Source: an uncultured bacterium
GTDB lineage: Bacteria > Muiribacteriota > CAYSPT01
Length of the DNA: 64,000 bases
NCBI GenBank assembly: GCA_964593455.1
Contig: CAZQHK010000005.1
Span: 64,912 to 128,911, forward strand
Direction of reading: 5' to 3'
The translations under genes and the position numbers were made by a program. Below, piece by piece: positions 8,501 through 17,003 of the stretch; the first letter of the stretch is position 1; each line of letters opens with the position of its first letter. A model generated the notes under the pieces. It was not told the origin of the DNA and ran no database searches. It saw only the letters and a list, made by a program, of their open reading frames with translations.

Positions 8501-11329
8501 GGAAAAGTCTCCCTGCAGGCCCCGCAAATGGATGTTCCCGTGGGTAAGGTCTCCTGGGATGTACAGATCCCCGAAGGCTACCGCTTGATGATGCCGGGGG
8601 GGAACATGGCCCTGGTGCGTAGCCCACGCTTGGACACTCCCGGAATAGCGGACGTCTTCGTTCGCTCGCTCTCGTCCATTCTTTCTTGGGCAACACCCTA
8701 TCTCAGAGCCCTGGGATACCTCCTGGGTACTCTGTTGACCTGGCTCTGGTACGCCGTTTTGATCGGGCTTCTGGGCGGGCTGGTTTACCTGGGGATACTG
8801 GCCGTCGTCTGGTTCCTCAAAGTCATGGTCCGGATAGAGATCGGGCCGTCCCTGGAGTTCGCCACCAAGGCGCTCATCTTGCTGTTCATCATCGGAATAT
8901 TCGCCGCCATCTCGATGCCCCAGTTCGCCTCCATGAGCGATGACTCCAAGATTGCCAAGACCAAGCAGGACATCGATGTCATCGTCGGCGCTGTAACCCG
9001 CTTCAACGCCATGGAACCGAGGAAAGCTGAAACACTTAACGATCTCAAGGGTAAGTACCTGGTAAAACTGCCGGTAGATTCCTGGGGATACAATTACTAT
9101 CTTAACAAGCAGCAGGGCGTCATCGGGAGCCCCGGGGAAGACGGGATGAGGGGCACCCGGGACGACGTCTATATCTCCTACCTGCCCGACCTCGATACAC
9201 TTCAGCAGCATCCGGAGATGCTCCAGGAACTTATCGCCGACGGGTATGACCCGAATTACGCCGATTCACCGCGATTCCAGGAACCCGTGACCGTGGCCAA
9301 AAAACCATCGATGATGGATAAAATCAGGGACATCGAATTTCCGGACATCGGTCTGGCAAACTTCAACCGGGCCAGGCTCCAGGCCCGCGGGAAAGCCTGT
9401 TCGGCCAATATGCGGGTGCTGGAAGGCGCCATCGACATGTGGGAGATGGATGTCGATGACAAGGCTTTCAATGATGGCCGTGACTGCGCCCTGAACTATT
9501 CCGGGGGAAGATTCACTCAGGAAGGAAAATTTCTTACACCGACCTACGTTAAAAAGATCCCCCAGTGCAAAAACGGCGGCCAGTACCGGTTTCACAGCGC
9601 CACCCATTCAGTGTGGTGCACCAAGCACAACACCGTGGAAGAACCCATGATGGCCGGAGACCGGCCGGCACCCGGACCCGGAGGCGGCGGCGCTATCGCT
9701 TCTACCAGGCTAAAATCCGAAGAGAGCAGATTCAGCTCCATGGAACGGGGACTAAGTGAAGACGAACTTGTTGAAGGCGATTATGATATAGAGAAACTTG
9801 GGAAAACAAAGCGAATACCTGAACTGGTATTACCAGCTACCCTGGGAGCGCTTCAGCTCGATACCGAGGAAAATCAGAATATTTCCCATGCAGAGCATGT
9901 CCTGGGCGAAGTTGGGCACGGCGCGCCGGAAAAAACCATGGCCGATCCCGAAACGATCAAGAGCAATCTCAAGCGGCTTAACCAGGCGAGAGACTCGCTT
10001 AAGAAGAGCTGGCACGAACTCAGGATAGCCGCCGGGCGTTATCGCATCCCGAAAAATGACCCGGAAGAGTTCGGGCGTTTAGAAGAGAAACATGCCGCTA
10101 CCGAGCAAAAGCTCAACGCGGCCATCGTGAAGCAGGAAAAGGCCCTGGAGTCCCTGCAGCAGCAGGTGGCCGAACGACAGATGGAGAAGGCGGCCCGGCT
10201 GATGCAGGAACAGAAATACGACGAGGCCGTATCGATCTACCGCGACCTGCTTGGTTCGCCGCTTCGCAAGACAGCTGAGATAGCCCTTAAAAATTCCCGG
10301 GAGATGAAAGAGGAGCGGGCGAAACGGGACAAAAAACGCAAGAATAAAGGCGCCCAGGAGCAAGAAGAGGTCAAACGGAAAGTGGACGAGATCAGGCGTC
10401 TCTACATCGACCGGGCCCTGGCCCAGGCGGCGGTTGCCCGGGCGGCAGGAAAAAAAGACGGTTACCGGAGAAAAGAGACGAGCAGGCTGGTGGCTGAAAA
10501 GCTCGATAAAGCCGAGAGCCTCCTCCTGGAACTCAAGGACACACCCGACCGCCGGCAAGCCCTGAATGAGATCGCCGACACCCAGAGGCAGCTGACTTCA
10601 GCCGGGGAACCATCTTCGCCGATTGAAATTCACGATGACACTGAACCTAAAGAAGAATTAAAGAGCAGTATTCCCCAAAAGAGCCTTGAGCTGAAGCGAG
10701 AAGACAGAGAATCCATGGCCACCATCGTCCTGAATCCCGGCGACCTGGAGATGCTCAACATCAGCAGTAAAGACCTGGCCTCCGGGCAGGCGGAAACAAA
10801 ACTTAGAGAAAAGCTATCCGGTTCAGGGGAGCGCACCCCCCGGGTCATGAAATACGGTGACTCGCTGGTGGTCATCGGCGACGAGCAAACCGGGCGGATC
10901 ATCGAGCGTCTGAAGAGGACCACCAGTGTCCCGGCGCCGGCGGAACACGCCGAACTGCTTTTACCCCAGTCTTCCGCCCCGGCGGCGCCGATAGAGCCGG
11001 CCTTCCCGGTACAGAAGATCCAGCAGAACCTGTTGGCCTCTATTCACCGGGGACTCTCCCGGGGCGCTCTTCCCCTGGAGATATCGCTGCCCACCAGCAC
11101 CATCTCGTACGGGTTTTCGCGCGGACGGGCGGGACACACCGTCCCGAAGATCAAGTTCCGCTGTTTCCAGAGAAACAGCGTCTACGCCTGGAGTGTGGGA
11201 GCCGTGGGACTGCTGGTCCTATTGGTCGGTTTAGTCACCATGAGAAAGCCGCGTCCGGTACGCGAGGAAGTTTTTTTACTCGAAAAAAATACTTCATATG
11301 AAGAAAACAATGATTTGTTAAACGATTAA
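5582..11329 (+). CDS. giant (1915 aa) envelope protein: signal peptide, tandem beta-rich modules, TM cluster, internal GspG-like pseudopilin module, second pilin-like head, long charged coiled coil, C-terminal TM anchor
   Basis: A single long ORF. The N-terminal hydrophobic segment is FLTILLVALFL. The repeat modules are shared with the next gene. Pilin-like helix plus head: EFATKALILLFIIGIFAAISMPQFASMSDDSKIAKTKQDIDVIVGAV...DSWGYNYY...GEDGMRGTRDDVYISY. The K/E/R-rich region spans roughly aa 1400-1700. The last TM is VGAVGLLVLLVGLVTM. Confidence 0.85.
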   Translation: MVISVKNIKCSGPFLTILLVALFLSDITCPASFATTPLPFPELPKADVGITRAVYRAAINLEGTAADGDNLIPVEVTVTGQAVGEGWARNRIFPQAMPIQDFPGSEDLFLDFADGTYLSARAPSEFSFLFSIPTRPEPSNNGHSLRIPVVFASVTRIELTVTTPDNRPVTITTDPPAPVTSTLNDDSWKVSVTPAPGTTLDLTVAAEPATARAATFSVSQDLSVFMAPGLVETNIGCTVQPLQGLTDRVIIETDRVITGLMGEMIESWNEEVSETGKSIVTLKLYSALEASFAFRILFQAEHPPGAPFTIPSVDFPEAAKVSGTITIRTEKNYYPVEESTLNVNRLSAAKDQIAYHFDTPDYRLTMGLKPDLLKFDARGTVLIEIWPDMIRTIADIELDVISGSLETCAIRLPAEFRCQSVSGSRISGWKPATGGISVNVGGLRDGQTVMKLEGFVPLQKGYPLKLRVPEFTGARNSHGIVGIRVLGHKIPEVNKPVNLFQTSKVNLPAWMKNISLAFQYSGKNISGNIALVKPVPTVDIQSVTLLEITNTNVIQETRARITVNQAPLFCLSIIPGGNAELDEISGALLADFERGPEGIVTLRFTRPLEPGKTEEFSFITLRPRPEGNDIRFPLPAYPGARHVEGYVAAKSRVEAMLSWKQLGKAEECGPGQLPYTWFTIGRGDHLLTFRHPGTVNLTMKQLPIRFKQSSESVFTISPSLVAASSRVTLNIEQGGMKWILLKLPDGAKKPEIRSHFLAGVQPFKDGWRIEFSSILKGETTLAVDYSIPFEQSAGFIELAPPEFSGRSRHTGVLGFKSTSDIELTESFDGMQGLARLKGTPPPDLKDIHSLYRLTEAGFPRLKLLISKVQHQEKQKAEISELTLQTLMESDSAVMTGVSAKINNPGNKQFLKVWLPESAELWGAYVDGKPVKSGQEESDGPPAHTIPLITKQADRSFTIQLVYRQAGIDRFSTAGKVSLQAPQMDVPVGKVSWDVQIPEGYRLMMPGGNMALVRSPRLDTPGIADVFVRSLSSILSWATPYLRALGYLLGTLLTWLWYAVLIGLLGGLVYLGILAVVWFLKVMVRIEIGPSLEFATKALILLFIIGIFAAISMPQFASMSDDSKIAKTKQDIDVIVGAVTRFNAMEPRKAETLNDLKGKYLVKLPVDSWGYNYYLNKQQGVIGSPGEDGMRGTRDDVYISYLPDLDTLQQHPEMLQELIADGYDPNYADSPRFQEPVTVAKKPSMMDKIRDIEFPDIGLANFNRARLQARGKACSANMRVLEGAIDMWEMDVDDKAFNDGRDCALNYSGGRFTQEGKFLTPTYVKKIPQCKNGGQYRFHSATHSVWCTKHNTVEEPMMAGDRPAPGPGGGGAIASTRLKSEESRFSSMERGLSEDELVEGDYDIEKLGKTKRIPELVLPATLGALQLDTEENQNISHAEHVLGEVGHGAPEKTMADPETIKSNLKRLNQARDSLKKSWHELRIAAGRYRIPKNDPEEFGRLEEKHAATEQKLNAAIVKQEKALESLQQQVAERQMEKAARLMQEQKYDEAVSIYRDLLGSPLRKTAEIALKNSREMKEERAKRDKKRKNKGAQEQEEVKRKVDEIRRLYIDRALAQAAVARAAGKKDGYRRKETSRLVAEKLDKAESLLLELKDTPDRRQALNEIADTQRQLTSAGEPSSPIEIHDDTEPKEELKSSIPQKSLELKREDRESMATIVLNPGDLEMLNISSKDLASGQAETKLREKLSGSGERTPRVMKYGDSLVVIGDEQTGRIIERLKRTTSVPAPAEHAELLLPQSSAPAAPIEPAFPVQKIQQNLLASIHRGLSRGALPLEISLPTSTISYGFSRGRAGHTVPKIKFRCFQRNSVYAWSVGAVGLLVLLVGLVTMRKPRPVREEVFLLEKNTSYEENNDLLND

Positions 11330-11360
11330 ACGAAGAAATGAAAAGGAGGCAGCTACTACT

Positions 11361-14300
11361 ATGAAACATCGTACTTTAAAAACCATTCTGCTGGTTTTCG
11401 CCATGGCCGTCATGGCTTGCGCGCAGGTTTTGGGAGCAAGTCCGTGGGGACAGGTCATCGTTGACGACGAGGATGTGAGGCCGCCGGTTGACGCGGTCAT
11501 CAACTCTTACTTCGCCGAGGGCGAAGTGGCGGAAGATATCGCCATGTTCAACGCAGCCGTGTCTGTGTCCGTGTTCGCCGACGGCTGGGTTGAGGTGCCG
11601 CTTATCAAGAACTGCTCAGTGATGGATTTCAAGGTCACCGACGGCGACGAGAAAAAGGTCCTCTTCACCCGTAAAGAGGAGGGCTATGTCCTGCTCTGCG
11701 GTAAGCCCGGCAACTACAAACTTTCCCTGGATTGCGTTTCCCGGGTGGAAAGCTCCGGCGCTCAACGGGAACTGATGGTCCCTTTTGCCGCTGCCGTCAG
11801 CCGGCAGACCGTCGTGGTCATCCCGGAGGAAGTGGCGGAAATCGAAGCCTTCCCGGAAGTAAAACTCTCCCGGACCATCAAGGAAGAAAAGACCCGGGTC
11901 GTGCTCTATGGAGGCGACCCGGAAGGGATCACCCTGGCCTGGCGGATAAGGCCCGGTATAACAGCTCTCAAACCCCTCATCTTCGCCGACCAGTCCATCC
12001 AGGCCTCCCTCAGCCGCGGTGTCATACGTACCAACTGTACCATTACTTACACGGTCCTGCAGGGGACCGTAGACAAACTCTCTCTCTCCTGCCCTCCCGA
12101 CTGTAACCTGCTGGAGGTAAACGGTGATGAGATAAAGACCTGGAACTTAAGCGGCGGCGAGGACGGTTCGGCCCAGGAACTTGAAGTAGTGCTGGCCAAA
12201 CCGGTCCAGAAACACTATACCCTGACCGCATCACTGGAGCGGCCGCTCGATAAACTTCCCGGCGAGGGAATCATCCCGTCGCTCACCGTGAACGGCGTGA
12301 AACGTGAACAGGGAATCATCTCCATCTACGCCCAGAAGGGTTTGAAGATCGAACCCGGCACCGTCCAGGGCGCCAGCCAGTTCGATGTGCACGAGGTCAA
12401 AGACTCATCCATATCCAGCGACTTCCGGCTGGGCCTGGCCTACAAGTACTTGAAACGGCCATTCTCCCTGGGAATCGCCGTCTCCCTGATCCAGTCCAAG
12501 GTCAGCGCCGAGACAGCGACCCTGTGCCAGGTCTCCCGGGAGCTCATCCGGGCCATCAACACCATCACTTACACCATCCAGGACGCGGGGATATTCAAGC
12601 TCCGTTTTTCCCTGGAAGACGACTGTAAGCTGGTGGACATCAAGGGAAAGAACATCAACAACTGGCGGATAAAAAACAACCTGGTGACGGTGGACCTGCG
12701 CTCGGCGGCGGAAGGAAGTTACGAGCTTTCGGTGGAGGTGGAGAAGCCGACCGGGGGTAAAGACAGCGCCACGCTGCCGACCATCACCCTGCTGGATGTT
12801 ACCCGCCAGACGGGGTACATTGCCGTCTCTCCACGGCTCGACACCAAGGTGGAAGCGGTCTCGTCTTCGGGCGCCAGCCAGATCGACATCAAGGACCTGC
12901 CCCTCAACTTGAAACGGGTCCCGGAAGGTGTGAGCCAGGCGTACCGCTACATACGTTACCCGTACACCATCGAGATATCCATCGGCCAGATCCAACCGGA
13001 GGTCTACGCCGATGTCAACACCCGGTTCAATATCAAGGAAAAGGAACTTATCATGGATACGCAGATGAGTTTCGATATCCGCAAAGCCGGTATCTTCGAG
13101 CTGCGGATCGGGTTTCCCGACCGGCTGCGCCTGGTCGACACGGTACATGGAGATTTCATCGAAGACTGGCGGATCGATTCCCAAAAGGAGCTCCTGATCG
13201 TCAGTTTCCGCTCGAAGGTAGACGGCCAATACGTGTTAACGCTCTCGGCCACCACCAACCTGGACGATCTTTCCACCGGGCTCGAACTACCGGTGCTGGT
13301 AGTGCAAGGAGCTAAAAAGGAACGAGGTTACGTGTCGGTGCAGACCGAGACCAGTATCCGCATCAAAACGGATACGTCGCAAAACGTCTCCGAGATAGAC
13401 GTGCTGGAGCTGCCCAACTACTTCAAACTGGGCGGCGGCGAGATCTCGCTGGCTTACAAATATTTCCGGCAGCCCTGGTCGGTGTCCCTGGCGGTAGAGC
13501 CGATCGAACCGGTAGTCACCGCCGAGGTGTTCAACCTGGCTTCTATCGGCGAAGGACTGGAACAGAACAGCTGCCGGGTCGATTACACGATCCAGTTTGC
13601 CGGCGTGTCCACCTTCGCTCTGCAGCTGCCACCCGGAGCCAAGAACGTGAATATTGCCGGGAACAACCTCAAGCACTGGGAAGAAAGCGGCAGCCAGCCT
13701 GGCCGCTGGGAGGTCGAACTCCAGGCCAAGGCCAAAGGCAATTACATTCTCTACGTGGCCTTCGAGCGAGCCATGGAAAGCGCATCGGGCCAGATCGAGT
13801 ATAGCGGGGTGAAGACCCTGGGTCTCGAACGGGAAAAAGGATATATCGCCGTCACTCCCCACGGCAACGTGGAGATCACTCCCATAGAGGAGAATATCAA
13901 AGGCGTCGCCCCCATTGACAGCACCGAAATTCCATCACAGTTCACACAGGGCATCACCGTGCCCGTCATTTGGGCGTTCAAGTACATCTCCCATCCCTTT
14001 ACCATCGGACTCTCGGTCATCAAGCACCTGGACGTGGAAGCCCTGGTCACCGTGGCGGAGAGTACCCGGCTGGTGACCCTGGTGAGCGAAGAGGGAGAGA
14101 CGATAAATGACCTGACCTTCATCCTCAAAAATACCCGGAAACAGTTCCTGCGCCTGATGCTCCCGGACGGAGCCACGGTGCTCGACGCCTTCGTCGGGGA
14201 TCGCTCGGTCCAACTGGGAGAGACAGAGATAGAGCTCGATGGCAGCAAACAGCGGGTCACCATGATCCCTATCTCCGGAGCGGCCCAGCCCGGCGTCAGT

Positions 14301-15254
14301 TTCCCGGTCAAGATACTCTATGAACAGAAGTTCGAGCCGATGGGTTACTCCGGACCCCTGGGCCTGATATGCCCGAAAGTTGACGTGCCGGTGATGCGTC
14401 TGGCCTGGGACCTGTACCTGCCCAAAGAGTACAACCTCAACCTGGTGGCCGGCGACCTCAGGCAAATCAAACATACCAGTTATATCTCCAGCGGCGTACA
14501 GAAAGTGCAGAAAGAGTACAATTCCTGGGCACGAAGCCAGAAGGCGGGCCAGACGAGCAGACCGTTCAATATAATCCAGGAGAACCTGGAACGCCAACAG
14601 CTCGGGCAGGGCAAAGCCGTGTTCGCCGGCGGCCGCAGCGCCGTGGCCCAGAACATCGTCGAACTGCTCAAGAAAGGCAGACCGTTCTATTTCGAGAAAC
14701 TGATAGCGGTAGTACCCGGGGTAGGAGAAAAATCCATGTTCATGGTACCAGGCACACTCTCCATCCGGTACGTGAAAAGCGCCTTGAACACCGTCTCCGC
14801 CGGGATCATTTTCATTATCCTGGTGGCCGCCAGCGCGCTTCTCAGGACCCTGAAACAATTCCAGCAGCTCGTCTTCCCACTGGCCGCCGCTTTGCTCCTG
14901 ACGGCTTTCCACCTGCTCCGGCCGGACGCATACACCAATAATATCCAATGGGCTATCGGCACCACCTGGCTGATCTTTATTATCAGCTTCTTCTACGCCG
15001 CCCTGTCGGCGCTCAACCGCTCGATTACACGGCGGCAGAAACAAAAGGTCGAGCGCGCCGAAGAAGTTAGGCAGCGGCTCAGAAAGTCATACCTGGTAGC
15101 CGGGGATGTGCCTCCCCGGGCTGATAAACATTCCGGGGACAACCAACCCGAGTTTCCAGGAAATTCCCCGGATGAACCCGAGAAAGAGAAGAAAAAACCG
15201 GTAAACAAGAAATCAAAACCCAAGTCCCGCAAACCAGACTCGACGGAGGAGTAG
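11361..15254 (+). CDS. giant (1297 aa) envelope protein, paralogue of the N-terminal 1000 aa of the preceding gene; 3 C-terminal TM helices and a Lys-rich tail
   Basis: AAGGAGG RBS. Signal peptide MKHRTLKTILLVFAMAVMACAQVLGA. Four ~175-aa modules each end in [AF][YF][KR]Y..xP[FWY][ST].x[LI][AS]V. The terminal module KVDVPVMRLAWDLYLPKEY matches QMDVPVGKVSWDVQIPEGY in the preceding gene. Confidence 0.85.
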   Translation: MKHRTLKTILLVFAMAVMACAQVLGASPWGQVIVDDEDVRPPVDAVINSYFAEGEVAEDIAMFNAAVSVSVFADGWVEVPLIKNCSVMDFKVTDGDEKKVLFTRKEEGYVLLCGKPGNYKLSLDCVSRVESSGAQRELMVPFAAAVSRQTVVVIPEEVAEIEAFPEVKLSRTIKEEKTRVVLYGGDPEGITLAWRIRPGITALKPLIFADQSIQASLSRGVIRTNCTITYTVLQGTVDKLSLSCPPDCNLLEVNGDEIKTWNLSGGEDGSAQELEVVLAKPVQKHYTLTASLERPLDKLPGEGIIPSLTVNGVKREQGIISIYAQKGLKIEPGTVQGASQFDVHEVKDSSISSDFRLGLAYKYLKRPFSLGIAVSLIQSKVSAETATLCQVSRELIRAINTITYTIQDAGIFKLRFSLEDDCKLVDIKGKNINNWRIKNNLVTVDLRSAAEGSYELSVEVEKPTGGKDSATLPTITLLDVTRQTGYIAVSPRLDTKVEAVSSSGASQIDIKDLPLNLKRVPEGVSQAYRYIRYPYTIEISIGQIQPEVYADVNTRFNIKEKELIMDTQMSFDIRKAGIFELRIGFPDRLRLVDTVHGDFIEDWRIDSQKELLIVSFRSKVDGQYVLTLSATTNLDDLSTGLELPVLVVQGAKKERGYVSVQTETSIRIKTDTSQNVSEIDVLELPNYFKLGGGEISLAYKYFRQPWSVSLAVEPIEPVVTAEVFNLASIGEGLEQNSCRVDYTIQFAGVSTFALQLPPGAKNVNIAGNNLKHWEESGSQPGRWEVELQAKAKGNYILYVAFERAMESASGQIEYSGVKTLGLEREKGYIAVTPHGNVEITPIEENIKGVAPIDSTEIPSQFTQGITVPVIWAFKYISHPFTIGLSVIKHLDVEALVTVAESTRLVTLVSEEGETINDLTFILKNTRKQFLRLMLPDGATVLDAFVGDRSVQLGETEIELDGSKQRVTMIPISGAAQPGVSFPVKILYEQKFEPMGYSGPLGLICPKVDVPVMRLAWDLYLPKEYNLNLVAGDLRQIKHTSYISSGVQKVQKEYNSWARSQKAGQTSRPFNIIQENLERQQLGQGKAVFAGGRSAVAQNIVELLKKGRPFYFEKLIAVVPGVGEKSMFMVPGTLSIRYVKSALNTVSAGIIFIILVAASALLRTLKQFQQLVFPLAAALLLTAFHLLRPDAYTNNIQWAIGTTWLIFIISFFYAALSALNRSITRRQKQKVERAEEVRQRLRKSYLVAGDVPPRADKHSGDNQPEFPGNSPDEPEKEKKKPVNKKSKPKSRKPDSTEE

Positions 15255-15258
15255 AACC

Positions 15259-16800
15259 ATGAGCATGGATCGCAGAACGATCGAGACGGCGCGGTTTTTG
15301 ATTCCGGCCGGCCTGTTGGCGTTCCTTATTCTAGGCTGCCTCCCGGTTCCGGGAGCAGAGGCCGTTTCTCTCCCCAGAGCGGTCCGCCTGGAGCTGAAAG
15401 TGGTGGATATGCCGCTTGGCATATGGGAAAATTTGAAAGATGTAACCATCCAGCGGGGCCGCGTAGGGAGTATCCCCACAGATAAACTGAAATGGCTTAC
15501 AAAAGAGATGTCGCGGGAAGCCTCAAAAATCTCCCTGCTCTCATCGGCGTCCACGGTGATGTACCTTGACTCGATGTCTGAAATCATGATCGGCCGGGTA
15601 CCGGGCTACGCGGGGCGGTATAAAAAAGCGGCCAACGGTCCCCTGCCCGTCCGTGAGAAACTGCTGCTGGGACTCTGGGGCCGGTTCCGGCTCTCGTCCC
15701 TCAAGCAGGAGGATGAGGAACTGGAAGCCCTGATCTCTTGCCAACTGGCCATGGTGCGTCCGGGGAAGGATGCCGACGGAGAAAAACAGTTTCTCCGCCA
15801 GGTTGCAACTCCCAGCGGACCGCTGGAAGTCCCGGAGGTAAAAGGATTCCACGGCTGCCTTTCAATCCAGGTTAGAGACGGAGAAACCCGCGTTCTGGCA
15901 GCCTGCGCTTCTCCTTTTACCGGCTCCGCCGGTGACACGGGTGACGCCCGGACAACCCTGGTCCTGCTCAAAGCTTTGTTCCTGGATGAAGCGACCGGAC
16001 CGATCACGACTCCTCTCACATCACGGGTTGAAAAAAACGCTTCATCAAAGCGCAATCCCGGTAAATTTCCCATACCCGATGAACAGGGACAAAACCTCCT
16101 GATCGATCCTTCCGAACAACGCGATAGTAAATTTTTCCTGCCCAGCCTCTTTCTGTCTCCCGACACGGCTCCCGTGCTGATTTCGGGAAAAGTGCTTCGT
16201 CTGCCGGTCGAGCTGGTGGATTACATCTTGAAACGTTACATCAACAAGAACGGCGAGATCGATGACCGGGGCCGCCGGCTGCTCGGCAAAGCCATCAAGC
16301 AGAAGATAGGAACCATCGTAGACAGTTTCGACCTGTTCAGTCTCCGAAACTCATTCTTCCGCCTGGTCTATGGCCGGGAACACGGATTCCTGGCCCGGCA
16401 CGAGGCCTACAGCTTTAAAGGGGGCGACGGTACAGCCTACGGCCTGGTACCGATTGAAGACAGTGTCCTGCAGGGTATGGAACTATCCGGCAGCCTGCTG
16501 GTAAAACCAGATAACCAACTGATTATGAACCTGACCTACACACCCGATGTATCCATCCGGGAAACCACCCACACCTGGGGAGGGCTGCCGGCCGCAGGTG
16601 AGGATGAAAAGAATACGTCCCGGACACCGGCAACCATTGTTGTGGAGCAGCCCGAGACGGTACAGATGAAGATGGCCCTGCGCTACCCGATGCGATTCAA
16701 CACCACGATCATTACCCAAGATTTAGGGTTGCGGGAAGAGGCAGGCAGGCACTCCGGGAAACTGGAGAAATACGTCTTCCTGATCAGGGTGACCGAGTAG
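15259..16800 (+). CDS. exported (possibly lipo-) protein with two degenerate secretin-like modules; function unknown
   Basis: Starts 4 nt after the previous stop, with GGAGGAG RBS. Signal peptide with FLILGC. The strand pattern resembles a secretin C-domain (see finding), but the call is weak. Confidence 0.75.
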   Translation: MSMDRRTIETARFLIPAGLLAFLILGCLPVPGAEAVSLPRAVRLELKVVDMPLGIWENLKDVTIQRGRVGSIPTDKLKWLTKEMSREASKISLLSSASTVMYLDSMSEIMIGRVPGYAGRYKKAANGPLPVREKLLLGLWGRFRLSSLKQEDEELEALISCQLAMVRPGKDADGEKQFLRQVATPSGPLEVPEVKGFHGCLSIQVRDGETRVLAACASPFTGSAGDTGDARTTLVLLKALFLDEATGPITTPLTSRVEKNASSKRNPGKFPIPDEQGQNLLIDPSEQRDSKFFLPSLFLSPDTAPVLISGKVLRLPVELVDYILKRYINKNGEIDDRGRRLLGKAIKQKIGTIVDSFDLFSLRNSFFRLVYGREHGFLARHEAYSFKGGDGTAYGLVPIEDSVLQGMELSGSLLVKPDNQLIMNLTYTPDVSIRETTHTWGGLPAAGEDEKNTSRTPATIVVEQPETVQMKMALRYPMRFNTTIITQDLGLREEAGRHSGKLEKYVFLIRVTE

Positions 16801-16876
16801 CTCTGAAACACATACACAGGAAAATGTGGTATCGACCATCTGTCCGCCCTTCGCATTGATCACCCGAAACCAGAAC

Positions 16877-16905
16877 TTGACGATATATCCCGGCGCCAAT
16901 ATAAT
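16877..16905 (+). promoter_or_regulatory. sigma70-type promoter for the GH16-TolB operon
   Basis: TTGACG - 17 nt - TATAAT, about 100 nt upstream of the GTG start at 17004. Confidence 0.6.
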
Positions 16906-17003
16906 TAATCGAACCACAATAAATATCTTAGATTTTCCATAACCTTAACCTGGCTTTTGGATTTTTGGCTTTTCCGTGATGGCAGAGTGGAGATTAGCAA
17001 CCG

